A DNA stretch of 64,000 nucleotides from Patescibacteria group bacterium (GTDB lineage: Bacteria; Patescibacteriota; Minisyncoccia; Minisyncoccales; RBG-13-42-11): NCBI GenBank assembly GCA_035529635.1, contig DATKWJ010000018.1, positions 3,823-67,822 of the forward strand, written 5' to 3'. A program made the translations under genes and the position numbers. A model generated the notes under the pieces. The model had not been told where the DNA came from. It worked only from the letters and a program-made list of their open reading frames with translations, and did no database searches. Below are positions 1 through 8,747 of the stretch, piece after piece; within the stretch, counting starts at the first letter, position 1; every line of letters begins with the position of its first letter.

Positions 1-1709
1 AAAGCTTTAATAAATATCAAAACACGGTCATGATTTCCCCCCGCTCTTATATAAATTTCATTGATTTCTCCGCTGATATCTTCCCTAAACGAGCTTGATT
101 CTACAATGTCAATTATATATTCGTCTAACAATTTAGGGATAAACTCCACTTTTTTAAGATTGTCTTTATGGCCTGCCGCTTCCCCGCCTACATCGATAAG
201 TAATTTAAGAGCTTCCTTAGCGCTTTCCTCCAGTCCGTTTTTGATTAATTCGTCGTAGCTATCTTTCAAGTTCATCGCGGCTAACGCCGCTCCGTTGCTA
301 TTCTCTTTTTCTATCGCCACTTTGGCAAACGATGAATAAATATAGATGCAGCTAAAAATATGGTTTTTAACATCGTAGATTTTTGTTTTTTTATATGAAG
401 TAATAAGTTGCAAAAATATTACGTGGATTACGTCAAAATAAATTAAGGGGTACGATCCAGGATATTTATAATTGTATTCGTATTCGAAAGAAAAAATAGC
501 ATTTAAAAGCTGATCGTATTCATTAAAATAGGAATCATCGTAAATTATAGGCTTCTCTTCTATCCCCTGTTTTGTAAGCAATCTTTCGCCCAGCCATCCC
601 AAACCCCGAAAAACATCTTCCAGCCACTTCTCATTAGCGTCTATCCCATTTTTAAAAGCATAATCTCCGACATCACGATACAATTGAATAACTTTATTGA
701 AAATAATGGGAGATTTAGTGATTGCAGAATCTCCTATCTTTTTCCAAAAGTCGAAGATAACTTTAATCTCCCACTGATAATTTCTAATAATAATTTTGTC
801 TGCGATTTCTTTACTTGCGTCAAGTATTTTTATTTTTACCGTTTCCAATTTTTGCCTATCGCACATATCGACATAGATATATAAATTCTCGGTAATGTTT
901 TTTAAGTACTTCTCAATTACGCCTGAGTCAGGGCTCCATGCTTCATCTTTTTTCGTTATTGGATATGCCTCAATAAAGCGGCTAGAAACATCTACTAATA
1001 CTGAAAACGCTTCATCAATAGCCCTTAAATCGACAGATCCAATCGCCTTTAGAATTAAGGCGTCTAATGGTTCGAATGTGTTTTGAGAATTCTTAACTTC
1101 TTGCCTTATTCTTTCATATTCTGCTTGATAAACAGCTAGTTGCTTTTCAGCCTCTTTATTTTTTTCCTTTGTCTCTTTGGGGGTTACCTCTTGTTCTTTC
1201 TCTCCAATCCTGACTGGTAAATATATTCCAATATTAAGCGTCCATTTGTCAGGCACGGGAACGCCATATTTCTTGAGAAGAAAATTCCTAATTTGCACAA
1301 CTTTCATTTTTTTACCTATTAAAAGAGCAATCTTCGACGGTCTTATATATTCAAAATTTGTAAAGGTGGAAAGTCCAAAAAGTATTAACGATACGAAAAA
1401 TAGGGCCAAAAGCCTCATGGATAGAGGTCCATTCTCGAATAACTCTCTTATCACGAAATCAACATTAGTAGTAATAAACTTGTAAGAAGGAAAGGATAAT
1501 AACAAGCTGCCAGCAGCCGTTAAAATTAATGTAAGGGTGCTCAACAAAAAATATAAAATAAGATATGTATTTTTAAAGATTACAGATATTTCTCTATAAG
1601 AAAATTGGCTATAAATAATCTGCAGAAATACAAAAATTGCAGCGGCGATGATACCAAAAACGGCGATCTCGATCGTAAATAAATTGTTATAAAAATTAAC
1701 AATTTCCAT
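1..1709 (-). CDS. hypothetical membrane-anchored protein, 3' end runs off the window (~569 codons visible)
   Basis: This ORF is absent from the ORF track because it has no stop inside the window. My manual minus-strand translation from the ATG at 1709-1707 stays open down to position 3 (MEIVNFYNNFLRS...). It has hydrophobic segments (YLILYFLLSTLTLILTAAGSLLLSF; MRLLALFFVSLILFGLSTF) followed by a long K/E-rich soluble part. The + strand ORFs here are short antisense shadows. It sits 70 nt downstream of hsdR on the same strand. I recognise no family, and the start is uncertain. Confidence 0.6.
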   Translation of the reverse strand, partial: MEIVNFYNNLFTIEIAVFGIIAAAIFVFLQIIYSQFSYREISVIFKNTYLILYFLLSTLTLILTAAGSLLLSFPSYKFITTNVDFVIRELFENGPLSMRLLALFFVSLILFGLSTFTNFEYIRPSKIALLIGKKMKVVQIRNFLLKKYGVPVPDKWTLNIGIYLPVRIGEKEQEVTPKETKEKNKEAEKQLAVYQAEYERIRQEVKNSQNTFEPLDALILKAIGSVDLRAIDEAFSVLVDVSSRFIEAYPITKKDEAWSPDSGVIEKYLKNITENLYIYVDMCDRQKLETVKIKILDASKEIADKIIIRNYQWEIKVIFDFWKKIGDSAITKSPIIFNKVIQLYRDVGDYAFKNGIDANEKWLEDVFRGLGWLGERLLTKQGIEEKPIIYDDSYFNEYDQLLNAIFSFEYEYNYKYPGSYPLIYFDVIHVIFLQLITSYKKTKIYDVKNHIFSCIYIYSSFAKVAIEKENSNGAALAAMNLKDSYDELIKNGLEESAKEALKLLIDVGGEAAGHKDNLKKVEFIPKLLDEYIIDIVESSSFREDISGEINEIYIRAGGNHDRVLIFIKA

Positions 1710-1778
1710 TATGGTATCGCTATGAAAAACTGAAGAATATCAATTTCCCAAATTAAGAGAATTATTAATTTAGGAATT

Positions 1779-4700
1779 TTAACCCCCAGCCATACTAAAA
1801 TCTCTATACAGGGAGAATGCCTGATCAAAAACTAAATTTAAAACATTCTCTGTTTCTTCTGGCGCAAATTTATTACGCAACAATAACAATCTCACATCGG
1901 CTCTAATTCGGGATTTAATAATTTCATTATTAGTCCAATCAACCGTAATATCTCTTTTAATTACTCTGACTAATTCTTTGACTAAATCTTTTAGTTCTCC
2001 ATTTTTTAGTTCCGATTTTTTGGCCGTGGAAATAGCATCATAAAAAGCAACTTCCTCGTCGCTAAGACCTAAGCTCACACCGGCTTTCTCTGCTGATTTA
2101 ATTTCTCTAGCTAACTCAAGTAACCTTTCTATAACCTTAGTTGAGTTAATAATATTATTCTCGTATTCTTCAATAATCTGATCTAATAATTCGAAGAGGG
2201 ATCTATATCTTACCCCATTCTTTCTAATTCTGATTCTTAATTCGTCTTGTAATAGCTTCCTCAGAGTTTCAATCGCCAAATTCTTAAACTTCATATTCTT
2301 TACTTCTTCCAAAAATTTTTCATCAAAAATAGAAATATCCGGTTTAGTTTTATCTTTCATTGCGAAGATATCAATCACTCCTTCCGCAACGATACTTTTT
2401 GATACTAACTCTCTTAACGCAGACTCTATTTTTATATCAATTTCAGCTGCTCCAGCGATAACTGTTCTCTTAACAATCGCCTTTTTAACAGCTTGAAAGA
2501 ATGCTACATCGTTTCTGATTTTTATCGCTTCATGATTAGGCATTGCCAAAGCGAAGACTTTGAACAAAATTTCGCTTTCTTTCAAAAACCTATTTTTTCT
2601 TTCTCCATCCAGCATTCCGGTTTTTTCATCTGTAATAATTGAGTTTACTGCTTTTTGGAATAGTTGCGCTAAATTGATACTCTCCAGATTTTTCCAATTA
2701 GAATAATCGATCCCAACAAACATATCTTTCACTATGTCGTATTTTTCAAGCATCTTATTTATAATTTCCTGCAAAGGAATCAACGCTTCCTTACGAATAT
2801 CAGAACTATAAATACTTAATGCCTTTTTAAGATTGTCGGCAACACCAATATAATCAACTATCAATCCGCCCGGCTTATCTTTAAATATCCTGTTCACTCG
2901 GGCAATCGCTTGCATCAAAGTATGATTTTTTAAAGGTTTGTCTATATACATTGTATGAAGCGGCGGCACATCAAATCCAGTCAGCCACATATCGCAAACT
3001 ACTACCATTTTTAATGGATCGTCGGGATTTTTAAATTGTTTTTCTAATTCTTTATAATTTAACTCTTTTTGAATTCTTCCTTTAAAATCTTCCGGTTTTG
3101 AAATAACTACTGCTATTTTCGGCGCTTCTGGAATTTTTGAAATCAATTCATACATCTCAACAGCAATCCTTCGGCTCATTGTCACAACCATCCCCTTTCC
3201 CTCTAATCCGCGATTATTAAAATGATCAACGATGTCTTCTGCGACTTGCTTTAAACGTTGTGGGGATCCGACCGCCTGTTCTAATCTGGCCCATTTTCTT
3301 TTAACGCTTTCCTTTATATCAAATTCCTGTTCGGCCATTAAATCTTCAAATTCCTCATCAATAAAATCATTTGTTAAATGAAGCGGCACAAGTCTTCCTT
3401 CGTAATATATAGGAACCGTTGCTCCATCTTCAACCGCTTTGTTTATTTGATAGGCGCTAATATGTTCGCCAAATACTAACCGAGTATCGCGATTATGCAA
3501 ACTGATTGGCGTACCAGTAATACCCATAAATGAAGCATTAGGTAAAGCGACACGCACATTCCCAGCTAATTTTGCGTATTGTGAACGATGAGCTTCATCG
3601 GCGATAACAATGATATTTTCACGCTCGGAAAGTATTTCGTTTTCGGTTTCAAATTTCTGAATAGTCGAAAAAATCAGTTCGGCTCCTGCTGTTTTCAGTT
3701 TTTCATTTAAACCTTTTATGGTCTCAGCCTGCTTAGCTGTAGAATAACCGGTTCTTAAAAATGTTTTATATAATTGTCCGTCGAGGTCATTTCTATCTGT
3801 TAAAAATACAAAGGTCGGACTTTTAAGCTTTGTTAATTTCTTAACCTTATTCACATAAAAAACCATGGAAAGTGATTTCCCGCTTCCTTGCGTGTGCCAG
3901 AATACGCCGATTTTTTTATTTCCCTTTGGATCAGTCGCTCGCAAAGTTTCATTAATTGCTTTATTTACTCCAAAATACTGGTGATACAAGCATATCTTTT
4001 TAGTAAATTTGCTTATATCTTTTTCGCTATCGGCTTCAAAAACTATAAAATTTTGAATAATATCTAATAATCTTGTTTTATTAAACACCCCTTGTACTAA
4101 GATTTCTAATTCAGATACGCCTTCATTTTTTTCATCTTCGCTTTCAATCCCTTTCCAAGTAGAAAACCATTCCCAAGAAGAAGAAATCGTCCCGTGTTTT
4201 GCTTGCAATAAATCGCTAATGACTAATATCTGATTATATTTAAAAATATCTGGAATATCTTTTTTGTAATCCTGTAATTGGTAAAAAGCAGATCTAAGTG
4301 TTCCTGTTTCGGTTGTCGGACTCTTTGCTTCAAATACCGCAACCGGGATTCCGTTTATAAAGACTACCAAGTCTGGCCGGCGAACATTTTCAATGCCCTG
4401 GATCGCAAACTGATTTACAACCAGGAATTCATTATTCAATGGATTTTCAAAATCAAAAACCTTCGCGATTCTTCCTTTTGTTTCTCCTTTTTTGTCTTTT
4501 ACCTCAAACTTAACTCCTTCGGTCAATAATTTATAAGTTTCTTTATTCGCTATCTCTAAACTTGGGTGTTCAACGCCAATAATTTTTGAGACTGCATCGT
4601 CAATCGCCGAATCGGATAAATCTGGATTCAGTCTCCGTAAAGAACGTTTTAGCCGCGATATTAAAACAACATCACGGAATGAATTCCGCTCTTGTAAGCT

Positions 4701-4808
4701 TCCACCCGGCGCTAAATCCGGCCCAAACTCGTAATCATAACCAAGCTCTTTTAACCAACCTATGATCGGCTGTTCTGTTATTGAATTTTCGTTAAGATTT
4801 TTAGACAT
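1779..4808 (-). CDS. hsdR: type I restriction enzyme R subunit (HsdR)
   Basis: 1009 aa. Helicase motif I is WHTQGSGKSLSMVF and the DEAH box is IADEAHRSQ. The N-terminal region is nuclease-like. The gene sits in an operon with hsdM and hsdS. Confidence 0.93.
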   Translation of the reverse strand: MSKNLNENSITEQPIIGWLKELGYDYEFGPDLAPGGSLQERNSFRDVVLISRLKRSLRRLNPDLSDSAIDDAVSKIIGVEHPSLEIANKETYKLLTEGVKFEVKDKKGETKGRIAKVFDFENPLNNEFLVVNQFAIQGIENVRRPDLVVFINGIPVAVFEAKSPTTETGTLRSAFYQLQDYKKDIPDIFKYNQILVISDLLQAKHGTISSSWEWFSTWKGIESEDEKNEGVSELEILVQGVFNKTRLLDIIQNFIVFEADSEKDISKFTKKICLYHQYFGVNKAINETLRATDPKGNKKIGVFWHTQGSGKSLSMVFYVNKVKKLTKLKSPTFVFLTDRNDLDGQLYKTFLRTGYSTAKQAETIKGLNEKLKTAGAELIFSTIQKFETENEILSERENIIVIADEAHRSQYAKLAGNVRVALPNASFMGITGTPISLHNRDTRLVFGEHISAYQINKAVEDGATVPIYYEGRLVPLHLTNDFIDEEFEDLMAEQEFDIKESVKRKWARLEQAVGSPQRLKQVAEDIVDHFNNRGLEGKGMVVTMSRRIAVEMYELISKIPEAPKIAVVISKPEDFKGRIQKELNYKELEKQFKNPDDPLKMVVVCDMWLTGFDVPPLHTMYIDKPLKNHTLMQAIARVNRIFKDKPGGLIVDYIGVADNLKKALSIYSSDIRKEALIPLQEIINKMLEKYDIVKDMFVGIDYSNWKNLESINLAQLFQKAVNSIITDEKTGMLDGERKNRFLKESEILFKVFALAMPNHEAIKIRNDVAFFQAVKKAIVKRTVIAGAAEIDIKIESALRELVSKSIVAEGVIDIFAMKDKTKPDISIFDEKFLEEVKNMKFKNLAIETLRKLLQDELRIRIRKNGVRYRSLFELLDQIIEEYENNIINSTKVIERLLELAREIKSAEKAGVSLGLSDEEVAFYDAISTAKKSELKNGELKDLVKELVRVIKRDITVDWTNNEIIKSRIRADVRLLLLRNKFAPEETENVLNLVFDQAFSLYRDFSMAGG

Positions 4809-4810
4809 AG

Positions 4811-5173
4811 CTATTTTCTTAATTTATCAGAAATAACGATTACGGCATAAAATATTATTCCCAAAACAACAATGCCCAATCCCCATCCCAAAATTCCATT
4901 TGTAATTAGATTTATACCAATTCCCCCGCACACAATTGAAACAACAAATTTCAATATCTCATGAAAAACGAGCGTACTAGCCCTACTAGCCTGCACTGCA
5001 TTATTTTTGTCTGCCTCATGATATTTTGCACGATATATTTCAAGTTCATCTTGAGTACTCCCTAATGATTTCTCGAGTGTTTTAACCTTCTCAGACATCA
5101 ACTTAAAGGCGGCTGTTGTTTTTTGTTCGGCAGGCGTAAGTCCTCTTTTTATTTTTTTATTAAGATATGTCAT
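4811..5173 (-). CDS. small coiled-coil protein with C-terminal glycine-rich double TM hairpin, unknown function
   Basis: 120 aa. The N-terminal half is charged and helical (EKVKTLEKSLGSTQDELEIYRAKYHEADK). The C-terminal half is FVVSIVCGGIGINLITNGILGWGLGIVVLGIIFYAVIVI. Its ATG overlaps the upstream stop as ATGA (5170-5173), and it ends 2 nt before the hsdR start. Confidence 0.6.
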   Translation of the reverse strand: MTYLNKKIKRGLTPAEQKTTAAFKLMSEKVKTLEKSLGSTQDELEIYRAKYHEADKNNAVQASRASTLVFHEILKFVVSIVCGGIGINLITNGILGWGLGIVVLGIIFYAVIVISDKLRK

Positions 5174-5544
5174 TGTGAAAAAAAGAGGCTTATTGGATCT
5201 TTTTCAGACCACGAAAAAGATTTGAATGGTTTGAAAGGAACAAACTCAGTGAACGACCGAAATGGTTCGAATTCCACAAATCCTGGAAATGGTTTGAATT
5301 GTTTGAATGGAAAAAATGGCGCGGGGGTATCGCTTGGATTTTCTCCGAACCCAACACAATGTCCATCTCTATCTCTCATTACTCCGTTTTCAAACCAGCC
5401 AACATATTTTCCTAAATAATTAAAAAGGTTACCGTCCTTTATAAAGCCGATACTCTTTCCGGGGAAACTAACTATCCTACCGTTATCGAGTAACCGAAGA
5501 ATTGGCGCTCCGTACCTATTGTAAATTACATCGATTTCGTTCAT
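5170..5544 (-). CDS. 4-fold beta-flower-like protein with C-terminal Pro/Phe/Lys repeat tail, unknown function
   Basis: 124 aa. The N-terminal half has repeated G-x-hydrophobic beta-hairpin-like units (NRYGAPILRLLDNGRIVSFPGKSIGFIKDGNLFNYLGKYVGWFENGVMRDRDGHCVGF). From memory this resembles the family annotated as '4-fold beta flower protein'. The tail is PFFPFKQFKPFPGFVEFEPFRSFTEFVPFKPFKSFSW. There are ATGA overlaps with hsdS (5541-5544) and with the next gene. Confidence 0.5.
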   Translation of the reverse strand: MNEIDVIYNRYGAPILRLLDNGRIVSFPGKSIGFIKDGNLFNYLGKYVGWFENGVMRDRDGHCVGFGENPSDTPAPFFPFKQFKPFPGFVEFEPFRSFTEFVPFKPFKSFSWSEKDPISLFFSQ

Positions 5545-6824
5545 ATTTTTATTTCCCCTTTCATTAATTTTGGTAAAAACAAATCGCGAAGAGATGCTAA
5601 TTTTTGATTTTCCGAAGATAACTTGTTGACTCTATAAAATATAGGTTTTATTAAATCGAAAAAATTTGTTAATACTTTGTTAGATGGAAGAACAAATGAA
5701 TAATCACTTATAACGGATTGGCTCAGATGGGAAACGTTTGTCCCAGAAGCCGAACTAGCCATAAAATACGAAAAGTTTCTGCGTAACATTAAATAATAAA
5801 GAAATGTTTTTAGAACATCTTGCGTTTTAATGGAACAAACATCGAGTGAAATTAAAATCTTATCCCATCCTTTTATTTCGGGAACTCTCGCCGGATGTCC
5901 GATAACTTCACGGTTAGAAGTTAAATCAGTAAGTGCGACAACAACGTCACCGGATTCAACTAAATTAGAATCTTTATATTTTCCGTTAAAAAACTTAATT
6001 CCTTCGATTTTAAATCCACCACCCCTTACAAAATTAGACAAATTAATCATCGGAGTACCCCCATTATTCTCTCTTATTTCTTCGGAAGAATATGATAGGC
6101 CTTTATTAATTTTCGCCACATTACCGATTTTTTTTACTTCCCAGCCTTCCGGGATTTCCCCTAATTCAGAATCAACCATTTTTACTTTTTCATGGCCTGG
6201 AAATTTAAATTTAACAAACCACTCCTTAAAAATCGCCTGGGCCATTTGCTCCAGATTCTGATTAACCTTATTATTCAATTCAATCTTTTCGTCAAAAGCG
6301 GAAAGAATTTCGGCGATCCTTTTTTGTTCACCAACATCTTCAGGGGAGAAAATTTCTATTTGCCTTAATTCTGCTTGTCTTATTCCCTCAGCAGCTGTAC
6401 CGCTCAAGCGTCGCATTAATTCATGCCTACCCTCTGGACTTAATAAATAATAATAAAGAAATAGCGAATTAAGTTTCTTTGAGTTTGTTCTCAGCGCAAA
6501 AAGACGCTGGCTTAAACAAAGTTCTATTTTATTTTTTATATAGAAAAGTTCACCCAAAGGCGCTTCGGAAGTTAATAAAAGATCTCCTACTTCTAGTTTG
6601 TTTGTCATCCATTTTTCATAAAGATCTCTATTTACATATCTAATATCATTTTCATTAACAATCCGACCATTTTTTATATTTTTTGCCGAAATAGCGGGAA
6701 CACCACTAATTGACCAACCACCACCCATCTTTTTAGGTGTTTTACCTCTATGATCGATTATCAAATCAAGTAGACCTTCCAACTTCACTTTCCGCCAGTT
6801 TTTATTTTGCAATTTCTGAACCAT
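5541..6824 (-). CDS. hsdS: type I restriction-modification specificity subunit (HsdS)
   Basis: 427 aa. It has the two-TRD layout with conserved central and C-terminal helical spacers (…QNLEQMAQAIFKEWFVKF… and …NQKLASLRDLFLPKLMKGEI). Its start overlaps the hsdM stop (TAATG at 6822-6826). Confidence 0.85.
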   Translation of the reverse strand: MVQKLQNKNWRKVKLEGLLDLIIDHRGKTPKKMGGGWSISGVPAISAKNIKNGRIVNENDIRYVNRDLYEKWMTNKLEVGDLLLTSEAPLGELFYIKNKIELCLSQRLFALRTNSKKLNSLFLYYYLLSPEGRHELMRRLSGTAAEGIRQAELRQIEIFSPEDVGEQKRIAEILSAFDEKIELNNKVNQNLEQMAQAIFKEWFVKFKFPGHEKVKMVDSELGEIPEGWEVKKIGNVAKINKGLSYSSEEIRENNGGTPMINLSNFVRGGGFKIEGIKFFNGKYKDSNLVESGDVVVALTDLTSNREVIGHPARVPEIKGWDKILISLDVCSIKTQDVLKTFLYYLMLRRNFSYFMASSASGTNVSHLSQSVISDYSFVLPSNKVLTNFFDLIKPIFYRVNKLSSENQKLASLRDLFLPKLMKGEIKI

Positions 6825-8614
6825 TATAATAACTTTTCTAAATTATTCTCAATCTCTTTTTCTAATTTTCTGCTTTCTCTAAAATATTGTTTTAATTCGC
6901 CTGTTAATTTTTCCATCTTTTCTTCAAATGGTACGCCATCTTCTTCCTCTTCAGTTACTCCTACATATCTGCCGGGGTTTAAAACATAACCATTTTTCGT
7001 AATTTCTTCTTTTTTGACTGACTTGCAAAAACCAGCGATATCTTTATATTCGCTCCCATGGTTTTCTCCCCTCCAAGCTCGCACAGTACCGGCAATTTTT
7101 TGAATATTTTCATCGTTGAAAATAACTTGTTTCCGAGAAATGGGTTCAAAAGTTTCGCGAGCGTCAATAAAAAGAGCCTCTCCGATTCTTTTTCTAAATC
7201 TTCCATTATTTTTATTCTTGCTAGCAAACCATAAAGAAACTGGGAGCGAAACGTTATAAAAAAGCTTTGGCGGACAAGCTATAATCACATCTATTAAATC
7301 ATCCTCAATAATTTTTTTTCTAATTTCGCCTTCCCTGCCCCCAGTTGCCAAAGCACCATTCGCCATTACAAAACCTGCCATTCCATTCGGCGCTAAATGA
7401 TGAATAAAGTGCTGAATCCACATAAAATTGGCGTTTCCCGAAGGTGGAATCCCGTATTTTATCCTCGGATCCTTATCGCTTAATCTCCCCGGCTCCCATT
7501 CAGCATTGAAGGGTGGATTAGCTATAACAAAATCTGCGCGGAGATCAGGAAATTTGTCATCATAATAAGAATTACCAATTTCTATCTGCCCAAAAATTCC
7601 ACGAATTGCTAGGTTCATTTTACAGAGCCGCAAGGTTGTAAAGTTACTTTCTTGTCCGAAGAAAGAAATTTTAGAAGAATCTTTCTTGTGTATTCTTAAG
7701 AATTCGCTTGATTGTACAAACATTCCTCCGCTACCACAAGCAGGGTCAAATACCCGGGAATTTTCGTACGGTTCCAAAACTTCAACAATTAATCTAACAA
7801 TAGAGCGCGGAGTATAAAATTCTCCACCGCGCTTTCCTTCAGCGGAAGCAAACTGGCCTAAAAAATATTCATAAACCCTACCCAAAAGATCTTTTTCTTT
7901 TTCGATGTCGTGGTCAAATGTAATTTTTGAAAATATATTGACTAATTCTCCAAGGATATGGCTTTCAAGTTTTGTTTGAGTATAAATTTTGGGGAGCACT
8001 CCTTTTAATTGTTTTGGATTTTCATTTTCAATTGCTTCCATCGCCTCATCAATGTATTTTCCAATATCACTATGCATGGCGCGGTCTCGCAAATATTCCC
8101 AGCGGGCATTTTTGGGAATGTAAAACACGCCCTCTCTTTTATACTGATCTTTATCGTCAATTATAACTTTCCTGTTTTTTTCATTAGGAACATAATAATC
8201 CTTATTTTTAGGATCGCTTACCCATTGCTCTAATTTCAACCGTCTTTGATAGAAAGAATCTGAAACGTATTTTAAAAATAAAAGCCCTAAAATAATATGT
8301 TTGTATTCGGAAACATCAATATTGCCACGCAATCTATCTGCGGCTTTCCAAAGCTCTTTTTCAAAATCTAAATCTTTGCCTGCTTTTTCTCCAATTTTTG
8401 TGGCCTTCTCGACTATTTCTTTTTGTTGACTTGCTATTCGTTCTTTAATATCAGCGGGAAGGGAAGCTTTCTCTACTACAAAACTTTTGCCGAATTCGGC
8501 GATTTTAATTCTGCCCTCTTTAGCCATTTTGTTTATTTGTTTAAGGGCGGCGACTCTGCTTATACCAAGTAATTTTGCAAATTCGCTTGTTGTTATGTAT
8601 TTTTCTTTTTCCAT
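6824..8614 (-). CDS. hsdM: type I R-M N6-adenine DNA methyltransferase (HsdM) with fused N-terminal excisionase-type HTH
   Basis: AdoMet motif VFDPACGSGGMF and catalytic motif VIANPPFNAEW. The N-terminus ITTSEFAKLLGISRVAALKQINKMAKEGRIKIAEFGKSF looks like an HTH_17/excisionase-type HTH. The track ORF starts at 8698. I prefer the ATG at 8614 (M29) because the 28 extra codons cover the predicted promoter/operator palindromes. Confidence 0.9.
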   Translation of the reverse strand: MEKEKYITTSEFAKLLGISRVAALKQINKMAKEGRIKIAEFGKSFVVEKASLPADIKERIASQQKEIVEKATKIGEKAGKDLDFEKELWKAADRLRGNIDVSEYKHIILGLLFLKYVSDSFYQRRLKLEQWVSDPKNKDYYVPNEKNRKVIIDDKDQYKREGVFYIPKNARWEYLRDRAMHSDIGKYIDEAMEAIENENPKQLKGVLPKIYTQTKLESHILGELVNIFSKITFDHDIEKEKDLLGRVYEYFLGQFASAEGKRGGEFYTPRSIVRLIVEVLEPYENSRVFDPACGSGGMFVQSSEFLRIHKKDSSKISFFGQESNFTTLRLCKMNLAIRGIFGQIEIGNSYYDDKFPDLRADFVIANPPFNAEWEPGRLSDKDPRIKYGIPPSGNANFMWIQHFIHHLAPNGMAGFVMANGALATGGREGEIRKKIIEDDLIDVIIACPPKLFYNVSLPVSLWFASKNKNNGRFRKRIGEALFIDARETFEPISRKQVIFNDENIQKIAGTVRAWRGENHGSEYKDIAGFCKSVKKEEITKNGYVLNPGRYVGVTEEEEDGVPFEEKMEKLTGELKQYFRESRKLEKEIENNLEKLL

Positions 8615-8648
8615 ATTATAAATTTTACTATAGCATTGATCTCTTTTA

Positions 8649-8693
8649 AGGTTATCATATGATAACCTAGTTGTCAAGTTTTTTGCTTGACAA
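8649..8693 (-). promoter_or_regulatory. putative hsd operon promoter with palindromic operator
   Basis: On the minus strand: TTGACA (8677-8672), a 17-nt spacer, then TAACCT (8654-8649). A perfect 18-bp palindrome GGTTATCATATGATAACC (8650-8667) fills the spacer and -10 region. A second inverted repeat, TTGTCAAG-N7-CTTGACAA (8671-8693), overlaps the -35. Confidence 0.45.
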
Positions 8694-8711
8694 ATCATCT
8701 ATAGTTAAGGC

Positions 8712-8741
8712 TTGACACCGTCTCAGGAAGCCCGATATAAT
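8712..8741 (+). promoter_or_regulatory. near-consensus sigma70-type promoter, divergent from the hsd operon
   Basis: TTGACA (8712-8717), an 18-nt spacer, then TATAAT (8736-8741). Confidence 0.6.
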
Positions 8742-8747
8742 AAAGTT

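Noticed and set aside
5830-6261. 143-aa + strand ORF inside hsdS and 6979-7227 / 8009-8233 ORFs inside hsdM
   Set aside because: These are antisense or alternate-frame ORFs within genes that have clear HsdS and HsdM signatures. They show no independent start signals or motifs.
8615-8698. Upstream ATG at 8698 as the hsdM start (track call, MICQAKNLTTRLSYDNLKRDQCYSKIYN…)
   Set aside because: The 28 extra codons are encoded by the palindromes and the -35/-10 elements, and the HTH domain begins right after M29. The ATG at 8614 is preferred, but without TSS data this is not proven.
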